Source of the DNA: the human T2T-CHM13v2.0 reference genome, Homo sapiens
DNA length: 64,000 nt
NCBI RefSeq assembly: GCF_009914755.1
Contig: NC_060933.1
Reading direction: 5' to 3' (one strand)
Shown: in pieces, positions 41,121 to 54,698 of the stretch
Layout: each line of letters opens with the position of its first letter
How positions within the stretch are numbered: position 1 is the stretch's first letter
The notes under the pieces: model-generated
Database searches by the model: none
What the model saw: only the letters and a program-made list of their open reading frames with translations
Told to the model about the DNA's origin: nothing
Translations under genes and position numbers: made by a program

Positions 41121-44100
41121 GGGGAGGGATGTTGCAAGGATGCTCGGATGTGTCTCGGAAAAGGAAACTAACCCTGCTCCCGCGCCTCTCCCCCACCCCA
41201 ATTCCACCGCCACCGCTTAGAGCCACCCCCATCCCGTGCCCTCCCATCTCTCTGCAAACTGGGAGCCTGTGAGTTGCACAGAGAAACTCCCGGCCAGTCC
41301 GGCTGGAAACTTCTCCCGGCGCCGGGAGGGGGTCGGGAGGTGAGGGGGCGCAGGCACTGGTTTGGGGCCGGCGTGGAGTCGAACCTGGAACTGAGCGGCG
41401 CGCAGGTGGGGGGAGCAGAGGCGGCGGGAAGGCGGGAAGAGAGGACCGCGGGCTCGCGGGGTCCGCCCGCTCCGGAGTAAGTTGGCCGTCTGGGCTGGGG
41501 GCGGCGGCGGCCGGGTCGCCACAGGCGGCAGCGCCGGGGCAAAGGATACAGCCAGTTCCTGGGCGCCCTGCTCTGTGTCTTTTAATTAAGAGAGGCAGTG
41601 CCGAAAAAGGGGGCGCCTCAGTCCCGGCCGGGCCTTTATTACGGGCTTAATTATTAATTGCTGCCGTGGCTTGCACGCAACTTTGGGAAGACGAAAAGCA
41701 GCTGCGGGGCTGCCGGGTCGTCGGTGTCCTAGGCACAGGGCTCGCAGCCGGCCCGAAGCACTGACTCGACCCTGGCCCCGGCCTCGACCCCGCCCGCGGC
41801 CCGCCGGGACCCACCCGGGAGCTGCTGCTCGCGCCCCGCCTCCCGCGCCCAACTTTCCAGGGCTCCCGCGGGCGGGGACCCAGGGGCCGGATAAAGGGCC
41901 CGCTCCGGAGCGGGGGGACACCCGGGCCGCCGGAATTAAGAGGCCCGCCGAGGCTACAGTGAGCGCGGGGCGCCCGCTGGACCCCGCCCGGGGCAGAGGA
42001 CGGGAAGGTGACCCCGCCGGCCAAGCTCCCTTTCCCTCCCGGCAACCGCCACTCTCCCCTGAAAGCAGATTTCACCCCCCTCTGCCGCCCCTGCCGAGGA
42101 GGGAGAGGGAACCCCGGGGTGGGCTGAGTATCCCCCCTAGCCCCGGGAGCCCCCAGCGCCCTCCCTCCCGTGCCCCCAGGGGCCCCGCGCCCGCCGCGGC
42201 AAGTTTCCCACACGGCGAGGGCGCAGCAGGCAACTCCAAGAGGAACCTGCTGGCGAGCCCAGCCAGCTCGGGAGGCGCTAATTCAATAAGACAGAGAAAT
42301 CTGAGTTCAGAAATCCTGATAAAATCTAATTTTCGAGTTTTAATACCCTGGCTATCAGCCCCCCTTGGTTCCTGAGGACTCTTAAAAGAAAATAAAGCAC
42401 ATTGATTCTATTTGTTTCTGGGAGCTGCAGTTTCTTAATAATATCAGGTGAAGATAAATTTTCCACGGAGAAAACGATCCTCCGGGATGCAGCTTCTTAC
42501 TCTGAAAATTTCCCTGCCGACTCCTCACTCTCTGCGCTCCTCCTCGTTATCCGGGGACTCCTGCCTCTCTTCCCCCTTCTCTTTTTTCTTTTTGGCAGAA
42601 CCCGCCTGCAATATTCGTGTGCTGAGCTCGTAATTCCCCCTGCGATGCCAGCAACGCCCAATTGATTGACTAGTTGTAAACACATTTTTCCCCTGGCAGA
42701 TTTTGTTGTTGTTAGGGTTTTTTAAATTTATTTATTTTCCAGGGAATGCGTGGCATTTAAACCAACAGGACTGCAATTAATAGATTTGCGAGTTGCGCCG
42801 CGCGCGCCGCTCGCCCCAGCCTCCCGGCCTCCGGGCCTCGCTGCCTCCCCGCGCCCGGCGGCGTCCAGCGCCCTGCAAGCCCCGAGCAGCCGCGGGTCCT
42901 GCAGCTGAAGGAAGGTTGCAGCTGCGCCCTCCTTGCAAGCCGCAGCCCGGCGTCCTGGTTGTCCCAGCAGCCAGGAGATCCCTACCTGTTAGTGAACAGT
43001 TAGGAGTCGACTGCTGGAAGAATTAATTAGGAACGTGCTGTGCTCTGGGCAGCGCGAGCTCGGGTAGAGGCATCCAAACCTTTGCCGGCGGCGCTATTTT
43101 ATTTTTACTACATTTTCTCAGGTTGCAAAAATAGACACCGGGCACGTTCTGTCTTAGAGTTTTCTAGCAAGGAGCGCCTTCAAGGCCAGGCAGGCTCTGT
43201 AACAGGTTCCCCTTTAAACAGCCAGAGGTGAGACGGGGAAAATGGTCCTGGCTGGGTTCTCGTTCATCTCCATCAGCAGTCCTTCACCCAGAGAGAGGGG
43301 CAGGGGTCGCCCTAACTCAGATGAATGAGTCCCATGCCTGGAGCCCTGGGGCCCTGGCTGGGGGCTGCTCCGAGCCTGAGGTGCTCAGGGCGCTCAGGGC
43401 AGCAAGTGTCCGCCACTTCGGTTTGTCATTTTTGGCAGGAGCGTTTTTCTGTCTGGGTGGAGAATGGAGTTTCACGGAAACACAGTTAACTCTTCAGGGG
43501 CCTTGCAAGTACAGGAGGTGAAGAGGATGTCAGGGGAGAGCCAGGTCCAGACTGGACATTTGGGGTGGTTTGGGAAATCAAATGCAATCATCGAAGACAT
43601 ATTAACCAGAATAATTAATCATGCAGGCACTTTTTTACTGCAGTAACCTTTGCCCTATTGGCCAATATTTTTGGCCAGAATCCCATGCTGGCTGGACTTG
43701 GATTCTCCGGGTGACGTATCCAGTGTCTGGAACACACCACAGTACTGCAGTCGTGTTATTTCCCAATGTAACATTCATGTAACTGGTATCTATTTTGATA
43801 TAATATATTAATTATATCTATTTTGATTTTAAATAATTAACAGAAGCTTAAAATAGCACAGCAATAATCGTAATTGTAACCCATTTATAGACCTACCCTC
43901 TAAGAATGATTTGCAAAATGCTGGCCTTGATCAGAAAAATCTGAACTCACAAAGCATTGTTACCTCTTTGGCAGTCTTCAATATCCCTAGTTTCTTACAG
44001 TTAAAAAAAATTAAATTTGCCATTTCAGATTGTGCCTATGATTGGGGGGCTGTTTCTCAGTGCCTGGCTCTTCATGGTTGGCCAGCACGTGGAGCACTCT

Positions 44101-44850
44101 GTTCATCTGTACATATAGGTATGGGTCCATCTGCACCTATAGTTACATGCTCATCTTTGCCTTTAACAACTTTGACATTCTGACTTGACAGTCATGGTAT
44201 TTTAAAGCAACCATTAAATCTTGGCTCCTGGGGATGCTTTTGAAAGTCTCTGACCCCCAAGCCGGGGCACTTCTGCTGAACTAACACTCCCATAAATGAG
44301 AAAAAAATGCATCACCTTTTAAATAACATGCCCGATCTCCAAATGTGCAACTCTGATATTAATAAAAATAACCCAGTTTTCTCGGGAGACTTTGCTAATG
44401 CAGCCTCATTTTTTGCACATTTTGCCGGAGAGCTTTTGTTCTTATACGTCTCTATTCTCCCCCTCTTTAATTTGTTGCAGGTGTTGTTGCTAATGAGCTC
44501 TCTCTCTCTCCTCCCCTCTTACAATGAAAGACAAGTCAGACCCCAGGTACCTGGATGGATTGAGAGCTGAGATCTCAGAAACTTCATAATAAGTTGCCGA
44601 TGGCTACCAGCCAAGGTCAGCTGGGCCCCATTAGTGCCGGCCCCCACCAAAGCAGAACCAAATAGCCTTCTCCCCAGTGAACACCTCAGTAGCTTTTCAT
44701 TCTAGTCCAGTCACACAGCTGTTGCCACCTTAAGCTCATATGAAAGAAATCTCTTTTATTGGTCTGAGAACCCAAGTCCAGTCCCAAAGAGGGAACATGT
44801 TTCCAGCTAACATGCCCACCTCCTGATTTTATTTTATCTTTACAACGCAG

Positions 44851-45666
<816 letters not shown>

Positions 45667-46419
45667 TGACCAGGTCTGGACCAGACCTGGACCAGGTCTT
45701 TGTCCCACCTTGGAAATGTGTCAAAACAGAGGACACCCTGAGGACACTGGGGTCATGTGACATTGTTCTCTGGGGTAGGGGCATTCTCGGCCAGCTGGCC
45801 ACTAGTTCAGTTCCCTCGGGAAGCCTATAGTATTCAGCTCCGCAGCCTTCAGGCTAAGCCCCACCTCCTGTGTAGGAAGTCAGCATTCTGGGCGAGTGAG
45901 CAAGATGCTACCTGCAACATGATACTGTAAGCTCCCTCTGTTCATCCTTTCTGTGGTGCAACCTCTTAGCCCACTCAATCCAATCCAGCAGACGGTACCA
46001 TGAAGCTAGAGCATGCCAAGCACTGAGCTGGCCCTTTGCATGGGGAGGTTTGACGGAGGCTCAGAGGGGATTCACGCAGGATGAAGTTGGGGGTTAAGCT
46101 GGGACAGACAGTGCAGCTTGGGTCCCCTTCCACTTCCATTCCTACATGCAATGATGGCAGCCCCTGGGTAAGTCGGGGGAAGGCAGACATTCAGGCGTTG
46201 TCCCTTGCCTCCCTAGCTAGAGAAGGAGGGGTCCTAGGGGCACGGAGTACTTCAGTACTCAAGTAATGTTAACAGCAACAACAACAGCAGAGATGGTTGC
46301 GTGCGAGCTGTCTGAGTGTGTGGGCCGAGCCTGATGCCATTGCGAGGAGTCCTCCCCTCAGCTAGCCAGGTGGATTCTGTGTTGTATAAAGCAGGAGCGT
46401 CAGGGGAGGGCTCTGGCCC

Positions 46420-46585
46420 AGTGACGTCTGTGGGCTTCTGTTCTGTCATCTGCAAAATGGGCACACTAAGAGCACACACTCCTAGGGTCATTGTGAGGAG
46501 TTTGTGGTTTAATTAACGTAGGTAAAGTGTTCGGAATAGGACCTGGCACAGAGTAAGTGCACGCAGATGTTAGCCGTTGTCATTC
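46420..46585 (+). mobile_element. MIR
   Basis: TCATCTGCAAAATGGG…TAGGGTCATTGTGAGGAG…GTAAAGTGTTCGGAATAGGACCTGGCACAGAGTAAGTGC. Confidence 0.75.
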
Positions 46586-47831
46586 TGGTCATACAGGTGG
46601 GGTAACTGAGGCAGCCCAGGGGTGACGGGTAAAGGCATCTGGCCAAGGTCACACTCCAGGAGGTGGCGAAGCTGTGATTCCAGCTTAGAGTGGCTCCAAT
46701 GTCTCTGAGCTAAGCTGCTTCCCACTGGGCAGTGCTCCGGAGGCCGTCCCTGGCAGGGCAGGGCAGAGCTGGGTAGGGCAGCCAGGCTGCAGAAGCTCAC
46801 AGGAGGGGCTTGATGCCATCCCCCAGGCAGCTGGTACCTCTGCGTGTCCTTGGAGGAGCCTCCAGGTCTCTGGGTTTGTGGTGGGGCTGACCCGGTGCCC
46901 CCACCTCAGAGTCCTGAGGACTTGATCTCATGGGCCGGCTCTGCTCACATCACAGGGCAGTCAGCCTGAGAAGGTAGCTTCTTACTCAGGCTTGTCAGTG
47001 GTGATGAGGCTGTCACTGTGGGTGGTGGCTGGGCCAGGGCCAGCTGGGGAGAGAGAGAGGGAGGGAGAGAGGGAAGGAGAAGGCGGCACGAAGCCAGGAG
47101 CTGGGGCTGGATAGTCTGTGGCCATAACTGCCCCGGGGACCGCAGGGCCAAGCAAGGGGGCTGGGCTCTGGAAGCCAGGAGGAAGGCCAGGATAGGGGCT
47201 GGTACTCAGTCCACATCTCAAAGCCGGTGGGAGGGTTCTCCACACGCTCTCGGGCACGGTCAACCTCTGTCTCTCGTATTAGAGTCTCGACTGTATTTTC
47301 TCTCTTAAATATTAATCACTGCCTTAACGTGCTTGGGGGAGCAGCTAAATCATAATTCTAGGACCAGCTTTGGGTCGAGGGCTTGAGGTGGGGAGATGAC
47401 CCTCAGAGTCAAGTCCGAGGCCCTCTCCTTGCCAAAGCTGTCTAGGGTGTCATTGGCCCTGGACCTCTGCCCTGCCCCCACCCTCAGACAGAGAACCCAG
47501 TGCAGTGGGCGGCTGTTCTGGGGAGGTGGTCACCCCTCCCAGTCCCAGTGCCGGCAGAGCCTCATCCCAGGCAGCCAGCCTCAAGCCCTGGGGTCTAGAA
47601 GAGTGCTCTCTCCCATCCCCATCCCCTGCTCCTCTCCTGGGCAGACAGGTGGGGAAGGCAGGGGAGAAAGAACAGTCCCTCCACAATCTCCCACATGGGC
47701 AAGTCCTCGGCGTCTCGCCACCTGTGTGATGGACTTAAATATTTCATCATGGGCTGCCATCCAGCTCTGCTTTGATTACAAATGTGTGTCCGATGAGGAC
47801 GGGGAGGCCGCCGTGGCAGGTGGACGGCAGC

Positions 47832-47906
47832 CTTTTGCAGGGCTGGCTTTTGGAGGGCTGGCTTTGGAGGGCTGGCTTTTGGAGGGGTGGTTTTTGGAGG
47901 GGGTGG
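47832..47906. repeat. Short tandem repeat, ~5 x 14-15 bp (GGAGGGCTGGCTTTT)
   Basis: Read directly. Confidence 0.85.
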
Positions 47907-48476
47907 TTACTTCTAGATAGATCTGGGTTCAAACCCTGATGCCACAGTTTATTGTGGCTTCCCCTGGGAGGGTCCGGGCAGTAGGATGCTCTGAGGTAGG
48001 TCCTACTCTAATCTCATTTTTGGGAATAGAAAGTGTTGCCTAAATCCTGCCAACATCACTCCGTTGAGAAGGCAGGCTGGGAACTGCCTGTAGCCAAGGC
48101 CCATGCCCACCCACCAGGCGGCACAGCCTCCCCTCTCTCCACTTCTGACCTCTCTGAGTTTCACTGTCTTCCTCTGCCCAGTAGAAACCATAATGTAGGA
48201 GTGTCACGGTGCTGGCGGGACGGCACAGCCCGGCCGTGCTGCCGTGGTACGTGCGGACACATAGTAGGTACTCAGTGTGCAATACTAGTCACCAGCTTAT
48301 CACTGTTGTGATTATGGCCTCGGTGATTTTCCTGGCTTTGCTTCTTCCCCGGGCTCCTTTGCCTCTCCCCAGCCTTGGGGACGCCACGCCTTGTATTGCT
48401 AGTCTCTGGCAGCATGTGGAAGATGCAGGCTGGGGGAGCTTCCTCGCCTGCAGCCCCAGCAGCTGTTGTTAACCAG

Positions 48477-48490
48477 CCACCAGGGGGCGC
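48477..48490 (+). promoter_or_regulatory. CTCF core motif
   Basis: CCACCAGGGGGCGC, an exact match to the CCASYAGRKGGCRS consensus, ~2.9 kb into intron 2. Confidence 0.75.
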
Positions 48491-49289
48491 CCTAATGGCG
48501 GCCAGATGCCCACTGCCCCCTTAGCCTTGCCATCGCCCATGGGTCCTTGCTCCCCTTCGCCCCTTCAGTGGCAGGTGCTACGTGTGTCCCAACATCCAGC
48601 CCACGGGAGCGCAAGCCCGGCTGCACTCCGAGGGTACAGGAGGGACCCAGGGGCGGACGGCCTTTTCAGATGCGGGGTGCAGACCCTCTCTCTTTCCCAG
48701 GCTTCCTGTCCTTCAGCAAGGCCACCTGAGAACTGAATTGTAAATTCCAGCCTTGCAAGGAAGGGGAGGAGGCTGAAAGACAAGATAAATGAATAAATAA
48801 AAACCTATTGGCTCTAAATGCACAATGAGAATTAATAGGGATGAGCTCTCAACAGAGGATTCTTGGGCGAGGACAAAATTGCAATGAGGGCTGTGGGAGA
48901 AGAGAGGCGGCCCCCACCCACATTCCCAGGGCCTGCCCCTGAGGTCAGCCCAGCAAGGCTGCAGGCCGAGAAGGAGGCAGGAAGGGCGACGGGCAAAGGC
49001 ATCTCAGCCCCTCACAGGGCAACTGCTGCTTGCAGGACCCTTGGAGATGGGGAGGGCGTGACTGGCATTGGGAGGTGCCCCTTAGCGCTCTGCAAGACAC
49101 GTCTCCCGCCAGCCACCTGTGGTCCCCGTGAGAGGAAGGGGGAAACCCTTCCTTTGTGCCTTGGAGACAAAAACTAGCCACCCGAGACTCAGGGGTGAGC
49201 TGACGAGCAGGTGAGAGAGAGAGAGAGAACTACTGCCCAGGCAGCAGGGTGCCAAGGGAATCCTGCCACTCCCACTCAGAGCAATCGCC

Positions 49290-49400
49290 TCAGTGCAGCA
49301 GCGCTGACCTCACCTTGATAGAGGTGCAGAATCCCAGACCCTGCCCCACAACTGCCGAGCCAGACTCTGCCTTTTAACAGGAAGTCTCTGGAGCGCTGGG
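49290..49400 (+). mobile_element. MER5A-like DNA transposon fragment
   Basis: AGAGGTGCAGAATCCCAGACCCTGCCCCAC…CAGACTCTGCCTTTTAACAGG. Confidence 0.55.
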
Positions 49401-51155
49401 GTGGGGTTGGTCCAGGATGGTGGATGAAGCCTGCCGTTGACGAAGGGGCCAGAGGTCTGTGGGTCCCATGGGGTCTGTGCAGGTTAAGAGGAGAGGCATT
49501 GCTGAGGGGAGACAGGAGCCAACAGGAGAGCACTAGGGGGTCCTGGGAATGGAGGGATGGAGCTGGGAGCCGAGATTCCCAGATGCGGGCCTTGCTTGCC
49601 AAGGCGGGGGGTCTGTGCTTCTGAGCAGGAGCCAGTGGAAGGTTCCAGAGAGAGGCAGCACTACCTCCTGACAAGAGCTACAGGCCTAGAATCTGAAGCC
49701 CTGAGCTCACATCCCAGTGTTGTCACTTGGGGGCTGGGTGGTCTGAGGTGAGTCATTCAAATTCTCCAAGCCTCAGTTTCCCTATCTGTAAAAGGGGTAT
49801 GATCTTCACTGCCTTGCCCACCTCACCGACTTCCTGGGAGAGGAAACGCCTCTCACAACATAACAGAAGGTGCTTGGCAGAGACTGTAAGTTCTTTTCTA
49901 GTGTGAGGCTTGAATATTATTGTTTATCCAATCTTGATAAGCTTGACATTTCTACATTGACATGGGTGAACATTCAAATTTCAGCCATGTTGGAGTCTCC
50001 AGCATACAGAGGCACCTTGGCTTTGGTGGACAGGAAAGCCAAGGGCAGGCTGTGAACGTGCATCTTTGAACACACATCTTACTCAGTTAGAACCTGCTTT
50101 AGCTTCTCTGTGCCTCAGTTTACCCAGCTGCAGAGCAAATGGTTCCATTCCTCCCCCAGGGGGTCTGCTGGGCTGTTGAATGCAGACAGCAGGCAGGTCC
50201 TGGAGTCCTTGAGCCACTCCTCACTGTGACATTGAACACCACATGCAGAATCAAGGTCACAGACACTCTGCCTCCTGCCAGACCTTGAGGATCATGAAAT
50301 GTTTCCATCCAACAATGCAGAGCTGACCGGCCCGATGGCTCTGGCCTCCTTCCCCCTCTGTGTTTCTGGCCCCAGCCTCCCTCCTCTCGCCGTCACAACC
50401 CTCCAGTCGGCAGATGTTTCCAGGTATGACCTCATGCCAGGCACAGTTGTGATGGGAAAGTGAGATGACTAGAGATAAATTAAGTGAAAAACAAGAGAAA
50501 AACACTACAGACATTGAAGACAATACCCAGCTAACCACAAATGGTGACACCGGGGCCTGATATGATAGGAGCTGGGGAAGGAGGAGGGCGTGCCCCTCCC
50601 CATGAACTCTCCGGGCGCTCCAGCCTTGGCCCGTGCTGTCTCCTCCACCCGAATGCCTGCCCCCTCCTTCCTTTCTTTTCAAGGCTTCCGCTTCTACCTG
50701 GATAACCCTGGCTCCTTTTTCAAGGTTCAGGTTGGACCCTACCTCCTCCTCCAGGAGGCCTTCTCTGACTCCTTTGCCCAGTGGGGTGAGGAGGCCCTCA
50801 TTTGGTCATCATCCTGCTTACTGACTGGCCTATCAGTGAAGAGTTCTGGCCCTAGGAATGGAGAGTTTAGAATCCCGTGCTGTGTGATCTCTGATGTGAG
50901 ACCTAACCTCTCTGAACCTTAGTTTCTCAATGGGAGCTATTAATAGAACGTGCATAGGAGACTGTCATGAGCACGGTGCTTGGCACATAGTAGTTGCTCA
51001 CTGCGTGCTGGCTGTTGGGACCAATTCTGTAACTTTAGATGTCTGCTTTTCCCCTGGACTGTGAGCTCCTCAAAGGCAGGGCTGTCTCGCTATCTTTGCA
51101 TCCCCAGCACCTCCCTCTGGACTTGATCAGTGCCCAGTAAGCATTTCCTGAATGA

Positions 51156-51531
<376 letters not shown>

Positions 51532-52139
51532 AGGGCTGAGTCTTGAAGGAAAAACTGGGGTTTGGGTCAGGACAGAGGAGACCCTGGAAGCCCCTGCTTC
51601 TCTCCACTGCAGTCCCTGTTCTGTGGGATTTGCGATTGGATGAAGCCGGGAGGTTTGCACAACTCTGTCCTTAAGTCAGTTGCAAGTGACTTCGGCACCT
51701 GAGCTGCACCAGCCGTTAAAGCCACTCAGTCTCTTGAAATGCCCGAGGCAGGGCCCAGCCTAGGACAAGAATAGTTCTGTGAAATGACATCTTGTTGCAC
51801 AGTGAAGTCTCCCTCCTGGGCAGTAGACAATGAGAAGACCGAGGCCCGGGGCCCAGGGAGTGAGACCCTTGCTTCTGACTTCCCTTGAGGGAATGAGGTT
51901 GGGTCCAGACACCCCGTGGAAGGCAGGCAGCTGTGTGAAAGGGCCCAGACGGGACATCTTTCCAAAGAATGTCAGAGACTTAGAGACCCCCAGACCTTTC
52001 CGGTCTGCGCATCCCCACCTTCCCAGGCTGTCTTCCTCTATGCTTCCTAACTCTGATGTTTAATCCATTTCCCTTTTTCTCATTTACTGTGGGTATAATG
52101 ACAAGCTGCCTCCAATCCCACCTGCGATGGGGCAGGCAG

Positions 52140-52919
52140 TGGATGGATGGACAGACGAACGGACAGACAGGCAGGCCGCACCATGCTGCGGATGAGACGG
52201 ATGGATGGACAGACGGACAGACAGGCAGGAGCACCATGCTGCGGATGAGATGGATGGACGGACGAACGGAGAGGCAGGCAGGTCGAACCATACTGCGGAT
52301 GAGACGGACGGACGGACAGACAGGCAGGCCACACCATGCTGCGGATGAGATGGATGGATGGACAGACGGACAGACAGGCAGGCCGCACCATGCTGCGGAT
52401 GAGATGGACGGACGGACGGACAGATGGACAGACAGGCAGGAGCACCATGCTGCGGATGAGATGGATGGACAGACGAACAGACAGGCAGGCAGGTCGAACC
52501 ATGCTACGGATGAGACGGACGGATGGACGGACAGGCAGGCAGGCCACACCATGCTGCGGATGAGATGGACAGACGGACAGACGGACAGATAGGCAGGCCG
52601 CACCATGCTGCGGATGAGATGGACAGACGGACAGATAGGCAGGCCGCACCATGCTGCGGATGAGACGGACGGACGGACAGGCAGGTCGAACCATGCTGCA
52701 GATTAGACGGACAGATGGACGGACGGACAGACAGGCAGGCCGCACCATGCTGTGGATGAGATGGATGGATGGACAGACGGACAGACAGGCAGGCCGCACC
52801 ATGCTGCGGATGAGACGGACGGACGGACGGACAGACAGACAGGTCGAACCATGCTGCAGATTAGACGGACAGATGGACGGACGGACAGACAGGCAGGCCG
52901 CACCATGCTGCGGATGAGA
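52140..52919. repeat. Intronic minisatellite, 15 units of 42-57 bp
   Basis: Core CCATGCTGCGGATGAG at 52181, 52234, 52288, 52334, 52388, 52445, 52499, 52549, 52603, 52649, 52691, 52745, 52799, 52849, 52903, separated by GGAY/GACA/GGCA tetramer runs. Confidence 0.97.
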
Positions 52920-53140
52920 ACTTGGGCTTCTGGAGGGAGGAGATGGGGCCCGGGGGCATCCCGCACTTCTGGGATGTGGGACTTGGGATAAGTCCCTTGT
53001 GACCCTGAGCCTTGGTTTTCTCATCTGAAACTGGGCATGGCGCTGGACACAACCTCGAAGGACGTGTGTACAAATAAGACGAGACCAGGCGTGTGATGAC
53101 CTCAGCTGGGAGCCAGCACAAAAGGAATGCTCAAAAAAAG

Positions 53141-53435
53141 GGCCGGGTGCACGGTGGCTCAAGCCTGTAATCCCAGCTCTGTGAGAGGCTGAGGTGGGCG
53201 GATCACCTGAGGTCAGGAGTTCAAGAACAGCCTGGCCAACATGGGGAAACCCCGTCTCTACTAAAAATACAAAAATTAGCCGGGTGTGGTGGCGCGCGCC
53301 TGTAATCCCAGCTACTTGGGAGTCTGAGGCAAGAGAATCACTTGAACCTGGGAGGTGGGGTTTGTAGTGAACTGAGATCGTCCCACTGCACTCCAGCCTG
53401 GGCGACAGAGCAAGACTCTGTCTCAAAAAAAAAAA
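53141..53435 (+). mobile_element. Alu (AluS-like)
   Basis: Full dimer with poly-A. Confidence 0.95.
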
Positions 53436-54559
53436 GTGTATTTTTATTTTTATCCTTTTTAATTCTAGAATTTAGCTTGAGGGACAGAAGAGGACCCCAT
53501 AGGCCAAACCCACAGCCAGAGGCACAGGCTGTGGGCTCAGAAGTGGGTCTTGCAGGATGGGAAGGGTCAGGAGAGTGAGGATGTGGGCAGAAGGAATGGT
53601 TCGTGCAGAGACGCAGGGAAGGGGGCCAGGTGATTCGAGGGGAAAGTGCGTGGGTGACAGAGAGGAGACAGTCCACTCCCCCTGCCCACCTCATCCAAGC
53701 CCCTGTAGGTCTGTTACTGTGCATCTGACCGGTGAATATTCTGAGACTTCTCAGAGCCCACTGAGTGTAGGAGCTGGGGTTCAGCCTTCCTGTGTCTGGC
53801 TCCTGACCGCTCGCTAGGGTTAGGAAGGATTAGGCCACAGGCTCTGAAGGAGCAAGAGGGGCAGGAGGGCAATTGAGGGGCAATTGAGAGGAACCCAGAA
53901 CATGGAAGCCCTGTGCCGTGGGGCTGGTCCAGAGCTCACCAGGCTGGACCACGTGGTTGCTGAGCCATGGCCCCTGACCGGGGCTGACCTGGCCAGAGTC
54001 CCTGTGGCCAGCACTGATGCAGGGCTCCTTCCTAGAGGGGCCGGGCCATGAGGAACAGGAGAAACGGCAGATGATGCGGGAACCGGTCTGTTCGGCTTTG
54101 GTTTGCAGGATCCGATTTGTTTTTCATCAGCAGCAGATTTGCTTAAGTATATGAAAATGTGTTTCTAATTCCCCGAGCACACACCAACTGCTGGCGGGGG
54201 AGGGAGCAGTGCATAGGAGCAGAGTGAATGCCACCGGGAGTCAGAGTGCTAGGCCCTGGCTGCTGAGAGAGCGAGAATACGCCCCCAGCCTCAGTTTCCC
54301 CAACTGAGCAGCCGGGGAAGATTTGGCTAGATTAACCAGTTCATTCAATGTTCCCTGCTGATTGCCAGGTACATTCTGGGAGTTTAGGGAAATCCAGATT
54401 GGTCAGAGACAAAACCACACAAAACAGTGGACTCCAGTGCAGACAGAGGGGTCCTAGATGTATACCCCGGGCTCAGCATAGCAATAATCATTTTAAAAAA
54501 GATTTTAAAACATTTTTAAAACTCAGGTGAAGTTCACATAACATAAAATTAACCAGTTA

Positions 54560-54698
<139 letters not shown>

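Larger units (their letters stand above)
39780..43150. promoter_or_regulatory. CpG island / GC-rich promoter region of NTNG2
   Basis: Very high GC and CpG density with many GC-box-like runs, no Alus; interrupted by a (TG)n block at 41028-41119 and an AT-richer patch ~42290-42790. Confidence 0.9.

Noticed and set aside
39300-42400. Many 150-230 aa Pro/Arg/Gly/Ala-rich ORFs on both strands
   Set aside because: Expected from stop-codon scarcity in a CpG island; no recognisable protein family.
52140-52919. CRISPR-like look (constant core plus variable spacers)
   Set aside because: Spacers are slippage variants of the same tetramers rather than unique sequences, there are no cas genes, and the DNA is primate intron.
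52080-53426. 448-aa minus-strand ORF and other ORFs over the VNTR
   Set aside because: Patchwork of antisense Alu, MIR and stop-poor tandem repeat; non-ATG start; no domain-like content.
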